Positions 22,815 to 35,370 of a DNA stretch of 64,000 nt are shown piece by piece. The DNA comes from Callorhinchus milii (taxonomy: Eukaryota): assembly GCF_018977255.1 (NCBI RefSeq), contig NW_024704742.1, positions 121,460,001 to 121,524,000 on the forward strand, given 5' to 3'. Every line of letters starts with the position of its first letter. Position 1 is the stretch's first letter. The translations under genes and the position numbers were made by a program. The notes beneath the pieces are model-generated. The model was not told where the DNA came from. It was given only the letters and a program-made list of their open reading frames with translations, and did no database searches.

Positions 22815-23385
22815 ACAACAATAACAACACAATTACATTTATAGAGCGCCTTTCACGTCGGGAGGACGTCCCAAAGCGCTGAACAGTCAGGTGTCGGGGC
22901 CCGAGCATGGGGGAGGGGTGATGTAAGGGTGAGGGAAGGCAGAGAGATGAGAGGGCGACCAAAGGCATGATCAAAGAGAAGGGTCTTCAGACTGGCTTTG
23001 GAGGAGGCAAGGGAGGAGGTGAGGCTAAGGGATTGGGGGATGGAGTTCCAGAGTGTGAGGCCAGGGAGGCTGAAAGCCCGGCCACCGATGGTAGGACGGG
23101 TCGGGCGGGAGACATGGAGCAGACCGGAGCCCGCTGAATGGAGGGAGTGTTGGTAGGCAGTCAGCAGGTCAGAGAGAGGTAGGAGGGGGCAAGGCCATAA
23201 ATGGCCTTGAAAGTGAGGACGAGGATCTTGAACTTGATTCTCTGGGGGATGGGGAGCCAGTAGAGTCGGGCGAGGATGGGAGTGATGGGGTTACGGAGTC
23301 TGGTGCGCTAGAGTACATGAGCTGCAGTTTTTGTGAAGGGAAGAGTTGAGAAGGCCGATGAGGAAGGAGTTTCCGTAATCGAGCC
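22815..23385 (-). mobile_element. L2 LINE 3' fragment
   Basis: (CAA)n tail, AGCGCCTTTCACGTCGGGAGGACGTCCC hairpin, ORF2 C-terminal similarity. Its 3' end is nearly identical to 59391-59560. Confidence 0.9.
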
Positions 23386-23827
23386 AAGACAGTAGAAACG
23401 TACCCTTACAGGCAGACAATATATTGATCTATTTCACCCTCATTAGTGTGGCGTTCTCATAAGTAAGTTCGGGATTTTGGCTGCCATCAAGTCCAAATGA
23501 AAACAGACTGAAATGGTTTAAGTAGTGAGTTTTGTTGAGATTCCCACACTGAGGTTGAACTGCATAAATTCTAAAACCTTCAGGATTGAAGAAGCCATTT
23601 AACCATTGCTGTTTGTCACTGTCAAAATCATCAGTCAATTTAATGAGACACTTCCTTACATTTACCTCCTTTTGTTATGTCATATAATATATAAACCACT
23701 TGCCTCCCAAAATAATTTTGAAGACTATCCTTATTCTGACTGATCATAAGATATTGGTATGCGATCTAGACCATTAGGGAGAGCTTGGATGCTGTTTGTA
23801 AAAAAAACATTGACGAGGTTGCAAGGC

Positions 23828-24220
23828 AAACAACAACAAATTACATCTGTATAGTGCCTTTCATGTCAGGAGGATGTCCCAAGATGCTGGACAGTCGGAT
23901 CTGCACCTGAGCTGGTGGTTGTGATCAGGAGAGGTAAGAGGGTGGGGAGGGTAGGGGTAGAAGAGTAACTCAAGGCACAGTCGAAGAGGAGGGCCTTGAG
24001 TCAGGTCTTGAAGGAGACAAGGGAGGGGGCGAGGCAGAGGAACTGCAAGATGGATTTCCATAGCGTGGGACTGGAGAAGCTGAAGGCCTGCCCGGCAATG
24101 GTGGGGCGGGCAACGCGGGAGACGTGAAGCAGGCGGAGCGGAGGGAGTGAACAGGTTGGTAGGAGGTTAAGAGGTCATAGAACTACAGAGGAGCAAGACC
24201 GTGGAGAGCTTTGAAGGTGA
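23828..24220 (-). mobile_element. L2 LINE 3' fragment
   Basis: Same tail and hairpin as other copies, more diverged. Confidence 0.85.
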
Positions 24221-26319
24221 AACAGCAAAATATTGACAATTTGTTGGTGACGGACAGACGGTACTTATTGTGGAGAAACAAAAAATCTAATTGTCCTCAA
24301 GGCCAGAATTTTAATATTGTGCAATATTCATATACATTCAGAATTATTGTCAAACCTTTGGGGACAGTTTGCATAATGGTTATGAGACTGAACTGAGACA
24401 GGAGATTGAGTGGAAAAATAGATTAGAAGACATTTCACTTTTGGATATAAAATAAAATCTAGATAGATGGGTTAAGACTTTCTGGCTGTAAAGGAATGAA
24501 GTGAATTAAATTTCATCAGTCTCAATCCAATTATTATCAGTCGAAAGTTCACTACGCTAAATCTGCTCACTGTTACCATTAACTTAGTAATGTCAAGAGA
24601 GAGTCTGTGGTGGGATGTGAAATGGCTCAATAGGGGCAATTTGGGGAGGGAAGGACTTTACTGAGGCTGGGACATTATTGAAACAGTGAAAAAAGATTTA
24701 TCCGTGCTATACTGAGCTGGGAGTGATTAATGAAAACACTGATAAACAGAAATGCTATTTGATCAGCTAGGTTTCTGATCATGTGTAAACCTACCACCAT
24801 GTTTGAGAGGATTCCCTGCCCTTGTTTGCGGATGGCTTCTGGGACTGCCCCTCTCCAAATTGTAATTCTCAACGGTTTCTCCCCAATCAAGAAACCCGCT
24901 TGCACCTCCCTATCTCTGTGGATTTGTGCCTCTTCAATCGTGCCTACAGTCACCTTCCTTATTTGACTTACTGTAGGTAAGTGAGGAGGAGACTTATGAT
25001 TACTTTAGATAAGAAATAGGTTGAAGTATAGATATGTACAAACCGTTTAAAGAAATACTAAAGTAGTATTGTTAAAGAGTAAAGAAATACAAAGTATTGT
25101 TAATGTTTAGAAGAAATACAAAGGAGGTATGTTAAAGAGAATAAAAGAGTTAAATATGGCATGTTTACAAATAGAGAATTGTAAGGCATGTTAAAGAATA
25201 AACAAGTTATAAAGAAAAATAGTGGTCTGATTCCCTATATTCCTGGATCTTGGCTCTTAACCAAGCCTTTATAAAGAAAAAACATTCACAACAATGTTGT
25301 CTGTTTATCTGATGGAAGGTGCACTCTGTTTTCGAAGGGATGCTCCTTGCTGACACTCTCTTCCTGGAGAGTTAATTTGTGCAAGTTGGCAAGAGTCAAA
25401 CCTAGGGGACCTTAGAGTGTGCATTGGTGATACAGTACTGTTGGAGTTTACCCAGCTAAAACTTTCAGCTATTGTCAAGCCTCTTGCTAGTTCCCTTCCT
25501 ACCTACTACGGATTTGGCTTGCAGGGTTAACAGGAGCTGAGTGAATGGTCTGCTCCTCCAAGTCTTGTTAATGAGGCAGGCTGGTCTGCCATCAACAGGA
25601 CCTTGGAGTACTTCAGACATGCCTGGTTCAGGAACTGGACGACTGAGACAACCACAGATGAATGACAATTCTGATATTGCATTACCAGGCATATCATCTT
25701 GATGTTAGCTCCAAAGAGAACCCCAGATGCTTATGTACTTTAAGCTCACCTTCAGCATGAAAATCATGGCAAGAAAAACTCTGCAAAGCAACACAGAACA
25801 GACATTAACTGATTTAATTGTAATCAGCGGCATAATACTATTAGTTTTTCAAATCACAAATTAACAGGAAATTCAATCAGATGACTGCAGTTTAGATGGC
25901 ACAAGTTGTTGTGTATCTGCTGAAATCATTAGGTTAATTGCTTCTAACTGCATTAACCGCCTAGATTAGTGTAAATTCCTGGCATTCCCCATGACAATAT
26001 TTGTAATACTGTATTGCAGAGTATCCCGATAAAGCGCTTGCACTGTGACAGCTGATAATGATTGAGCTATCCCTGATCTGATGATGGAATCAGAAATAAG
26101 ATTTATTGCAACAAATATCAAATTGCCATTTTAAGTTTTAGTTGTCTCACATTCATTGATCAATGTTACCAAAAAATATTGAGTTGAGATAAAAACAATC
26201 AAAATGATACAAAGCAAGTTCTCTCTGCTGGACTTTGCTAAGGGCAAAATAGATGCCATGGTTGTCGACAAAAGTATTCACCTCATGTGAATTCTCATAG
26301 ATCCCACAGAGATATATAA

Positions 26320-26930
26320 CATTTTAAATGGAATTGAAAAAGTAAACCGAAGTGCAACATTTTAGGATCGCCGTGGCTGTATAACAGGAGAATGCGGGTT
26401 TAAGGTTGCAAAAGGCAATTCTAGGACTGATACCAATACGTTTTGCTTTTCCCAGAGGGTAATTATTGATTGGAACACATTGCCAGGAAGGGATTAGTCC
26501 AGTACACTGGACGCATTTAAAAAACAGCTTGACACTGTGTTGGGAGGATGGCCTGCCCACTGCCTCCATTCAGCAGGCACTAGCCTGCTCCATGTCCCCT
26601 CCTATGCCTGTCTCATGTTGGGACTTCGGCTTTTCTGCCCGTACCCTCTGGAAACCCATCCCAGAAACCCTTTGCCTCGCCCCTCCCTTGGCTCCTACAA
26701 AGCCTGTCTCAAAATCTTCCGTTTTAACCATGCCTGTGGTCAGCCTCTCACCTTCATCTTCATTGCTCTCCACCCCTCTTGATTCCAACCTCCAGCTTAG
26801 GGCAAACTCTTGACTGTCCAGTGTTTGGGATGTCCTCCCTATGTGAAAGGTGCTACATAAATGCAATTTGTTGTTGTTTTATTCCGGAGAGATAAGATCA
26901 GATGGGCCGAAGGGCCTTCTTCATCCAAAC
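26320..26930 (+). mobile_element. Old CR1 3' fragment (26320-26550 and 26881-26930) interrupted by an L2 3' fragment (26560-26880)
   Basis: CR1-like TTTTCCCAGAGGGTAATT...TGGAACACATTGCC...TTTAAAAAACAGCTTGAC resumes after the L2 (TTG)n tail with GATGGGCCGAAGGGCCT. Confidence 0.7.
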
Positions 26931-27119
26931 CAATCTCTTTCCTTTCTCTCATCCCTGCTCCATAACCTTTTCTCATGCGTGGTCATAAGAACTCTCCTAA
27001 GGATGTGTTTGAGTTTGATAACAGGTCTGTAGGAGTGTCTTGATTTGCCCTCCAATATTCCATTTTTAGGGAAACTCTTTTAACAATAAAATACTGTAAT
27101 TTCCTTTTCACTGAATATG

Positions 27120-27395
27120 TTGAATCATGCTGGGGTATTCCACAGGCATTGGTTGCTGTTCACCCATCTTGATACAGTGTGTGAGCCTAATTAGTGAGTG
27201 TTGACAGGCTATTGAACGAGATCACCTTAGCCAAACTTGGTCTTGTCCTTGCGCAACTCACACATTCCAGCAGAAGTTACTGAATATTGATTGGGAGCAG
27301 GAATTTTAGCTCATTTGCCCCTCCCTCTCTCTAGGACAGACTTACTGAGGTTAAGTGTAGCTTCCCTAAGGTTGGTTGACATTAGCTCAAATCAA
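27120..27395 (-). mobile_element. Ancient SINE-like repeat (LmeSINE1-like)
   Basis: Shares CCCCTGCTGGAA and CAGCCAGGG-like blocks with 61440-61700 (+), 59265-59390 (-) and ~51420-51505 (+). Family name is from recall only. Confidence 0.45.
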
Positions 27396-27444
27396 CTAAC
27401 TGAATCTTGACCTTCCTGAGAAAATGAGGGAAATATGGTGAAAC

Positions 27445-28156
27445 AACATTACATTTATAGCGCCAGATGGGAAGCCAGTGGAGTCGGGCGAGAGTGGGAG
27501 TGATGGGGTTGCGGAGCCTGGTGCGCGAGAGTACACAAGCTGCAGAGTTTTGGATGATCTGCAGCTTATGAAGGGAAGGAAAGAGTTGAGAATGCTGATG
27601 AGGAGGGAATTTCCATAATCGAGCCTTGATGTGACAAATGCGTGGGTGAGGGTTTCGGCAGCCTGAGGGGTGAGGCAGTGGTGGAGTCTGGCAATGTTGC
27701 GGAGGTGGTGGTAGGCAGTGCCGGTCATGGTGCTGATGTGGGGGAGAAAGGACAGTTCAGGGTCAAACAAGACACCCAGGTTCCTGACTGGCTTAGTGAG
27801 GTTGAGTGTGCAGCCGTGGAGGCTGATGCTGCCAGCGCCCCAGATGTGGAGGCGCTGGTGTGAGTCAATCAGGAGGGCTTCGGTCTTGCTTACGTTGAGT
27901 TGGAGAAAGTTGTCCCTCGTCCAGGACTTGATGTCGGGCAGGCAGTCGGTCAGGACCTCAGTAGTCCTGGAGTTCAGGGTGGAGGCAGAGAGATAGAGTT
28001 GGGTGTCATCCGCATACATGTGGAAATTTACCCCATGTCCGCGGATGATGTCACCAAGGGGGAGCATGTAGAGGGTGAAGAGGAGGAGACCGAGGACAGA
28101 GCCCTGAGGAACACCGCACGAGACGTTGCAGGGGCTGGAGGAGAAGCCACTTGCTG
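27445..28156 (-). mobile_element. L2 fragment including the RT core
   Basis: 223-aa ORF with [31 protein letters not shown] and [15 protein letters not shown]. The 3' region is internally deleted near 27465. Confidence 0.95.
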
Positions 28157-28904
28157 CGAAAGATATTGTCCAGACTTGCCATCTTTACAGACAGTCTAGC
28201 TGAGATTGGAGAATATGATACTGGGAAGTGTGGGGTAAACCTACATCCCACTCTGGCCCATCACACTCACCATATAAACTGGCTCAATTGCCCTGGCCCT
28301 TAATGGTGAGGGAGAAAAATAATCAGTCTTATGGTGGACAAAGGCAGCTTTGGAGGGGGACAGACCACTTGTGCTGCAAATATGGTATTATAATACTGTA
28401 TTCATCTCTGTATAATTATTGTATTGACAGAAAACACTCAGTGTGATTACCAAACCTGGAGTTCTACTCACCATATTGCCAAACATACTGATCAATTGAA
28501 CTACCAGCTCCCCTGGATTGACTTCTTACCTCAGTTCCAAAATCTTTCAATGCAGTGTTATAAATTGTAAATTATTTGACAAGGTGTCCTTTTAGTTTAT
28601 TATGTGACCTACTCAAATATTTCAACATGATATTCTTGGTGACAATTTTTCACCAACCCAGCCCTAGCAATGAAATAAAAAAAACATTTACACAAAATGA
28701 ACTCTCACCCGGCTTCCTAAAAGAATACTTTTAATGCTGCATAGTTGTACGAAGTACATTTCAGTTTTAAAAACGTTTTTGCTCAGACTAGTGGATTGAC
28801 TGCTCTTGTGTTCTATTTCATTTCAATCAGCATCTTCAAGTCTTGTCACTTTTTATCCACATCATACTTCCAGAAAACATACCAATTATTACACAGCAGA
28901 TATG

Positions 28905-29250
28905 TGTCAGCTTGACTAAATTGGTAACAATTTAAAGCTCCATACTAGGATTTAAAATTATTCCTCAGTTGACATTCAGTCATTCATGACTCTTGTAACT
29001 TCTGTCAATTGGATGACACATGCCAAAGATTTGTCTGTCTTGAATATTCCATTACACTAGTTTGAAGAAGTTTTCCCTATTGTCCTGGTCAATATTACCC
29101 CCTCATCCAAACTTCACTAAAATTAATTCATTGTTTATGGAATATTGCTGCCACATTGACCTATGTAACACATTTCAGTGCAACTCATCATGTGAAACAC
29201 TTTGAGATGTTTCATTGTGATAAAGAGCAATAGTTAATGTAAGTAATGTT
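28905..29250 (+). mobile_element. Highly diverged DeuSINE-like element
   Basis: GTGTCAGC head and degraded GTCCTGGTCAATATT...GTGAAACACTTTGAGATG tail. Confidence 0.45.
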
Positions 29251-32091
29251 ATACAACACAAACTACTTTCTATTCCTCAGTGGCATCTCAAAATTCATTC
29301 CGTGTTTAAGAGGAAAATACTTTTTATAAAAGTCATGACTTGACCTTAGAATACATTGTGCAGTTTTTCTAACCCTTGGCAGCAATATCCTGTAATTCTC
29401 AAACAACTTTCCACTTGAAAGGTTAACATTACAAAGTGTTAATGTTACACTGTGTCATGAGATCTGGTTAGTTATGCTGTAACCCAACACCTTAGCCAGA
29501 AAAATACATCTGAGAATGTGCCAATGTACGTTCCATAATTCTTCTGTTTGCTTGGCATTGCTTATTATAACCTCTGAACATGGATTGAGAATGAGGGGCT
29601 CACTCATGTCTGCAGCTCACAGCCTGTTACTCACCAGCTAATGCACTGTCCAACTCAAGCTTCCTAAAGAGAGAGGATCTGGGTAGCTCCAAGCATTTCA
29701 TAAACCTTACATTCAGAGAATAAAGCACTTTTTGATTGCGATTAACTCCCTGGCTTATGTGAATGTTATATAAAAATGAAGAAAATCTTGCTGGTTTAAA
29801 GGAAACAAATGCCCTCTGCATACAGTGTGCTGATTGTTGCCTGCAAAATTGCTAGGTGGGCCTTGAAATAGAGGCATGGTGTTGTGATTCTCTGCCAGCA
29901 GATACCTAAGTACCTGCAGTTGCTTCTTCCACCTCCAAATAAGTAATATGTGATCTATTATAGATAGAATGGAGATAAAGGCAATGTGACAATCATTCTA
30001 TCCAATCCTTGACAGGCTTGCCTTCAATAGTAATTCTCTTAACTTTACCTGTGAAGCACTTTGAGACGTCCTCCCAATATGGGACGCCATATCAAATGCA
30101 AAAGTTATGCATATCGATATAAGCTTTGATAAATAATGCTTTTGAACAGTATTGGAGAATAAAGGGTTAGTGCAGACTGTAATTACTCCACAGTCACATT
30201 GGTTTCTGTGATGTTAGGGTGGCAGTGATACAGGACCGCCTGTGGAGAGAAGGAAGCCAGTAATGAACAATAAAGATAGCTAGGATGAATTTCTGGAATT
30301 ATTGTTTCAGTACCTTTGGGATCAGGAAGTATCTGGTTAGATTTTTCCATTGAGAGATACAGTGTGTAGATGGGGAGCCCGATAGGATAGGTTTTACATT
30401 GACCATGAAGGGTGCGGGATTGTTAAGTTAAATAGCCCTCTCTTGTCCTACGCTTTCCAAGTATTTCATGCAATAGGAAACCATTACTTGAAAATTTTTA
30501 TCAACAAAATCAACAGCTAAACCACTTTTATTTGGATTTACAGACTACCACATTTGTCATATGTTTACAGGTTCAGTCTTCCAAATTACAAAAAATGGAT
30601 ATACATAGATTTGCAATAAAAGTTTACATAAAATTTTGGTTTATTTAAAAATATTTGTAGATTTTGAATACAATAATTCAGGAATTTGGAGTTCTCTTTA
30701 CAATATTAGAGATACAAATGTGGAACAAAGTCAAAATTGAATTAATAGGTAGAAACCTTCCTATGATGATGAGGATAGCACAAGGAGTTTGATTGCAGAG
30801 CAAGTTGCACAGTAAAAAAAGTTGATAAGGGAGATTAAAAGAACAAATTAAATTGTGGCGACCAACTTAGACTATAAATCACAAAATTAATTCTGCCACC
30901 CTGTCCTGTATTCTCCAGAGAAATTGCACACTCCAGAACTGGCAAACAGATGCTGCTTCTGTGGGTTCTCAGTAACAGGAACTGCAGAACTGTAACTGTT
31001 AACCATGGTAACGGGTTCCTGCAAATGTACTTTTGAATCCCCTGCTCAATAATAAAAACACATTCAAAATTACCATCAATAGCAAACAGGAATTATTCAT
31101 TATTGATAACACAAAACTCCACTGTTAGTACAGAACTTTATGCTTTCCTAAGAATGCTTTATGACTGTCATTCAGTTGATATAAATACAATCTTAGCTAT
31201 TTTAAGGACCTGAACCATATTGGTAAGGACGCAACACATTCATTTTATGATGAATTACCACAAATTTCATTTCTACTAACAGAAGTGCTTGTATTCTAAA
31301 TAGAAGATTATATCACTCACAGTTTTTGTCCAGCTTATGTCTCCCCCCAGTTAGTTAATGTCATTTCATTGGGGCTGAGGAGAAGTTGAAAATAACTGTG
31401 GTGCTCCTGAACTAGAAGCTCTCAATTATTCACCCACAATTGCTGGCAACAAATGGGTAGGTACATACTGTTCATACTAGCTGGAATAACAACTAGCTGA
31501 GAAAAACTTTCAGAATAAGTTAGCATAAAGAGAAAAAATCATATAATGCAATTTATATTACAAGCCCAGTTTGTGCCTTGTGCCTTGCAGCAAGTCCCTG
31601 CAAAGATTCCTCTCTCCCCCACCCCCCAATCAGTAATGAGGAGGATTAAATTTTCACCAAAATGTGTTCACTTCCTGGATGTCTTTTTTTAAAAAAAAAG
31701 ACAATCAAATAAATGTCTTCCATTTTTTTTCCTGTTCATTTAAGGATGTTTCACATGATGCCATTCTTTCCAACCACACTTGCAGACCCATTGGAAAATT
31801 AAACAACACTGTTCAGAGAACTGTGCTTATAATACATGTGAGTGGGTGATAATCGGAATATCCTCCTGATGTGAAAGGCGCTATATAAATATGATTTGTT
31901 GTTGTTGTTAAAACTGACCATACTGACTCAGGCTGACGAGTTAGGACACTCACTGCTACTCAGAGGTTTATTCCATTATAATGCATGTGTGCTTGATGTA
32001 CATGTAACAATTTATACCACTTTGGAGTGTTAAATTGTGGGACATTTCTCAAAAAAATCAATCCAGCAATTTAGAAATTTTCAGAATAATC

Positions 32092-32097
32092 TTTATT
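32092..32097 (-). terminator. Candidate polyadenylation signal for NDUFAF2
   Basis: TTTATT on + (AATAAA on -) about 110 nt past the stop. A distal candidate lies at 30527-30532. Confidence 0.5.
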
Positions 32098-32205
32098 CCC
32101 AATTACAACAAAGGCATCTTGTGTGTGCATATGTGTGCAGAAATTCTTGGATTGCAAGCTGTTAGTCCCACAACAAAACTCCTTTAAAACAGGAGCCAAA
32201 AACAA

Positions 32206-32460
32206 TTATTGTTTTTTGCTGGAGCTCTCTGATGGTGTCCAGCTCCCAGGTTGGAAGGTGTTTGCTGTGCTTGAGGGTTCTGATGACGGTTCATCCTTTG
32301 CATAGTATGTAGCAGAGGCGTGCCCTTTGACTTGAGTTTTAACAGATTTAGCAACAAGTCCTTCCTCATACCCCTTCTCTTGCGCACGTCTCTCCTTCTC
32401 CTCTACTTCCTGGGCACGCATTTTTATCACTCTTCTATATTCTTCATTGGCCAGAATTTC
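32206..32460 (-). CDS. NDUFAF2: NDUFAF2 last coding exon (exon 4)
   Basis: Acceptor AG at 32462-32461. Translates EILANEEYRRVIK...TQVKGHASATYYAKDEPSSEPSSTANTFQPGSWTPSESSSKKQ*; KGHASA and TFQPGSW are NDUFAF2 hallmarks. Confidence 0.95.
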   Translation of the reverse strand, partial: EILANEEYRRVIKMRAQEVEEKERRAQEKGYEEGLVAKSVKTQVKGHASATYYAKDEPSSEPSSTANTFQPGSWTPSESSSKKQ

Positions 32461-32799
32461 CTTTGCAAATACACAAATGAAATAAACATGAATAGAAGTT
32501 TTAAAACATTGTATTGATTTGTTTTGCAGCAATGTTTTCTAGATGATTCAAAATTCTTAAACCTTGGGATTCAAATGAATAAAACTGGAGATGTTCAATT
32601 AGCCAGTTTACCACCGAGAAGAAACTGCTGGGACTGTATTTCTCTTCCTCCCCAAATACTCTCCTCACAACTAATTTTCAACATCTAGAAAGGTGCAATA
32701 ATCCAGACCATAAACATTGCAACAGCCACAGCAAAATCAATGGCATGGCTAACCCTTCAGAAAGCTTTCTCTGAGGCAGTTATACATATCTCATGTTTT

Positions 32800-33150
32800 A
32801 GAACAGGAAATACCGTAAGTTGAATAACCCATCTCTTTTTGACGATATCCATCTTCTCATTATTTTCCTTAAACCCTCGTCTTCCAGGACTGCACTGATT
32901 TGTAGATGGCTTCATTGCCCTTCCTTGGTAACTTATTCCTCAAGTCACTGTTGGGTTGCCTAAAAACTCTCCTTACTTCATAATTTTCAACTTACATCCT
33001 TTCTATTGGGATTATTTTGTTTAGTGAACAGTGCACATGCATCAAATTCATTCAAACCTCTTCATAATCTTCAAAACTGCAATAAGGTCACCTCTAATCT
33101 GCCACCCTTCCAAAGAGAACAGTCCCAACTTCTTTTAACTTTCCTCAGAA
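32800..33150 (-). mobile_element. Degraded CR1 3' fragment
   Basis: Minus strand encodes LGLFSLEGWQIRGDLIAVLKIMK-like sequence. Confidence 0.65.
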
Positions 33151-33623
33151 CTTAAATCTACATTGTGCTCAAGTAGCGACATCAGGCATGAAGATTATGG
33201 TTGCTCGCATCTATACCATCTCTTGGTTAATATCATTCCTATGAGTAGGTGACCTGAGTGTGCACTGTTCTCCTGTTGGGGACTAAGCAATGACAGCCAA
33301 CAAATGAGCTTATCAATAAGTGTGAATGCAAATTAAACTAGGATCTGAACTCATCACTGGTTGAAATTGTATAAAGACAAATTATGGATTTTTAAAAAAA
33401 TTAACCTAAGGAAACTGTTTTGGCAAACGACTGTTACATTTTGTGTTTCATACATGAAATACTATGCACAGACTAGAAGATCATAGGCATTCTTTTGTAC
33501 AATATCACTGGTACAGAGAGAAGAGGAAATTAGAGTCAAGTTTTTACAATCTACATTGTACTCATGTAGCGACACAGAATCTTCAATGTCTGGTCATCAA
33601 TCAACTGCCCTGTTGTGGGATGG

Positions 33624-33944
33624 TAATAATAATAATAATCCTTGCATTTGATATAGCACTTTTCACGTCTTCTAGACGTCTCAAAGCGATTCACAGAATA
33701 TAATGTAAAGTGAATTGACTGTATATTTGTGAGCAAAATGCGGCAGCCAAATTGCGCACAGCAGTGTCCCACAAACAGTCATGGATTGAAGTGATCAAGT
33801 TATCATTGTGATTTTTTTTCTTGAGGAATCATTATCAGGCGTGTGAATAAGAAAACTTGCCCAAGGTTTCGCCCTGCTGGGAAACAAACCCAGGTCTCTC
33901 GCTTGAGAGGCAAGTGCTCTAACCACTGAGCTACAGGACTCCAC
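33624..33944 (-). mobile_element. Full-length tRNA-derived SINE
   Basis: GTGGAGTCCTGTAGCTCAGTGGTTAGAGCACTTGCC head on - strand and (TTA)n tail. A second fragment follows at 33950-34050. Confidence 0.92.
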
Positions 33945-34414
33945 ACCTTATCATGTAGCACCTTATCACGTCGTTTAGATGTTGCAAAGTGCTTAAGAGA
34001 GTATATTGTAAAGTGTCATGTCTGTGTATTTTCGTGGGTGCAAAATGGCAGTGAAATGACCATCTAGTGACTATTATCCTCCAATAAACATGGTGTCCAC
34101 AAAGCTGCTCCAAATGCCTCTGGGGAAATACTATAGATTGACGATGATGGATCACAAACTAGTGATGACTCCTAGTGGTCAGATAAAAGCAGTGTTGAGA
34201 GACCTGGAAGTAGGACACCCACCGATTCTCTGCCACAGAGGGCAGTGCTATAGGGATGAAATAGTGGGATTTACTCTCAATCATTTATGTAAAGATTATT
34301 TGTGTTCATTCTATACAAGAGACTTATGCCTTTGAGAGGAATCACTTTCTGTTAATTATCACCCACAAAATACACAGTCACTACTTTACAATATATTCTG
34401 CCAAATGCTTTTAT

Positions 34415-35370
34415 ACAACAACAAAATTCCATTTGTATAGCGCCTTTCACGTCGGGAGGACGTCCCAAGCTGCTGGACAGACCCGAACTGAGGGTCGGGG
34501 TGGGGGAGGGTGGAGAGCAGGGGTGGGAAGCAGGGAGATTGAAAGCACGGTCGAAGAGGTGGGTCTTGAAGGTGGCAAGGGAAGGGTCCAGACGGAGGGA
34601 TTGCGGGATGGAGTTCCAGAGGGTGGGGGCAGAGTGGCAGAAAGGCCCGCTGGCCCGTCACATCCACTGCCAATAGTGGGGTGAGCAAGGCGGGGGATGT
34701 GAAGCAGGGCGAAGCCCTGCTGAGCGGAGGGAGCGGTGGTAGGAGGTTAGGAGGTCGGGGGGAGCAAGACCGTGGAGGGCTTTGAAGGTGAGAACCAGTA
34801 TCTTGAACTATATGCTCTGTGTGATGGGAAGCCAGTGGAGTTGGGCGAGGATGGGGGTGATAGGGTCGCGGAGCCTAGTGCGGGAGAGGACACGGGCTGC
34901 AGAGTTCTGGATGATCTGCAGCCTATGGAGGGAGGAGTTGGGGAGGCCGACGAGCAGTGAGTTTGCATAGTTGAGCCTCGATGTAATGAAAGCGTGTATG
35001 AAGGTTTCGGTGGCCTGCGGTGTGAGACAGTGGCGGAGGCGGGCGACGTTGCAGAGGTGGGGGAAGGCAGGGTCATGGCGCAGATGTGGGCTAGAAAGGA
35101 TAGTTGAGGGTCAAACAAGACCCCAAGATCCCGACTGGCTTAGCAAGGTGGGGTGTGCAACCATGGATGGTGATGCTGTCAGTGCCTGAGGTGAGGAGGT
35201 GCTGACGGGAGCCAATCAGGAGAGCCTCGATCTTGTTGACGTTCAACTGAAGAAAATTAGCTCTCATCCAGACTTGATGTCTGACAGACATTCTATCAGG
35301 ACAGCAGTGGTCCTGGAGTCAAAGGTGGAGGCAGAGAGGTAGAGTTGGGTGTCATCCATGTACATGTGGA
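34415..35370 (-). mobile_element. L2 LINE 3' fragment (~950 bp) reaching the RT core
   Basis: Tail and hairpin at 34415-34470; HMYMDDTQLY-like motif near 35340-35370; WMRANFLQLNVNKIE. Confidence 0.93.

Noticed and set aside
27396..28067. Functional reverse transcriptase gene
   Set aside because: A 5'-truncated L2 fragment with a frameshift near its start, an internal deletion and no endonuclease domain.
32461..32532. N-terminal part of the 108-aa minus ORF
   Set aside because: Intronic; similarity to NDUFAF2 starts at the acceptor at 32460.
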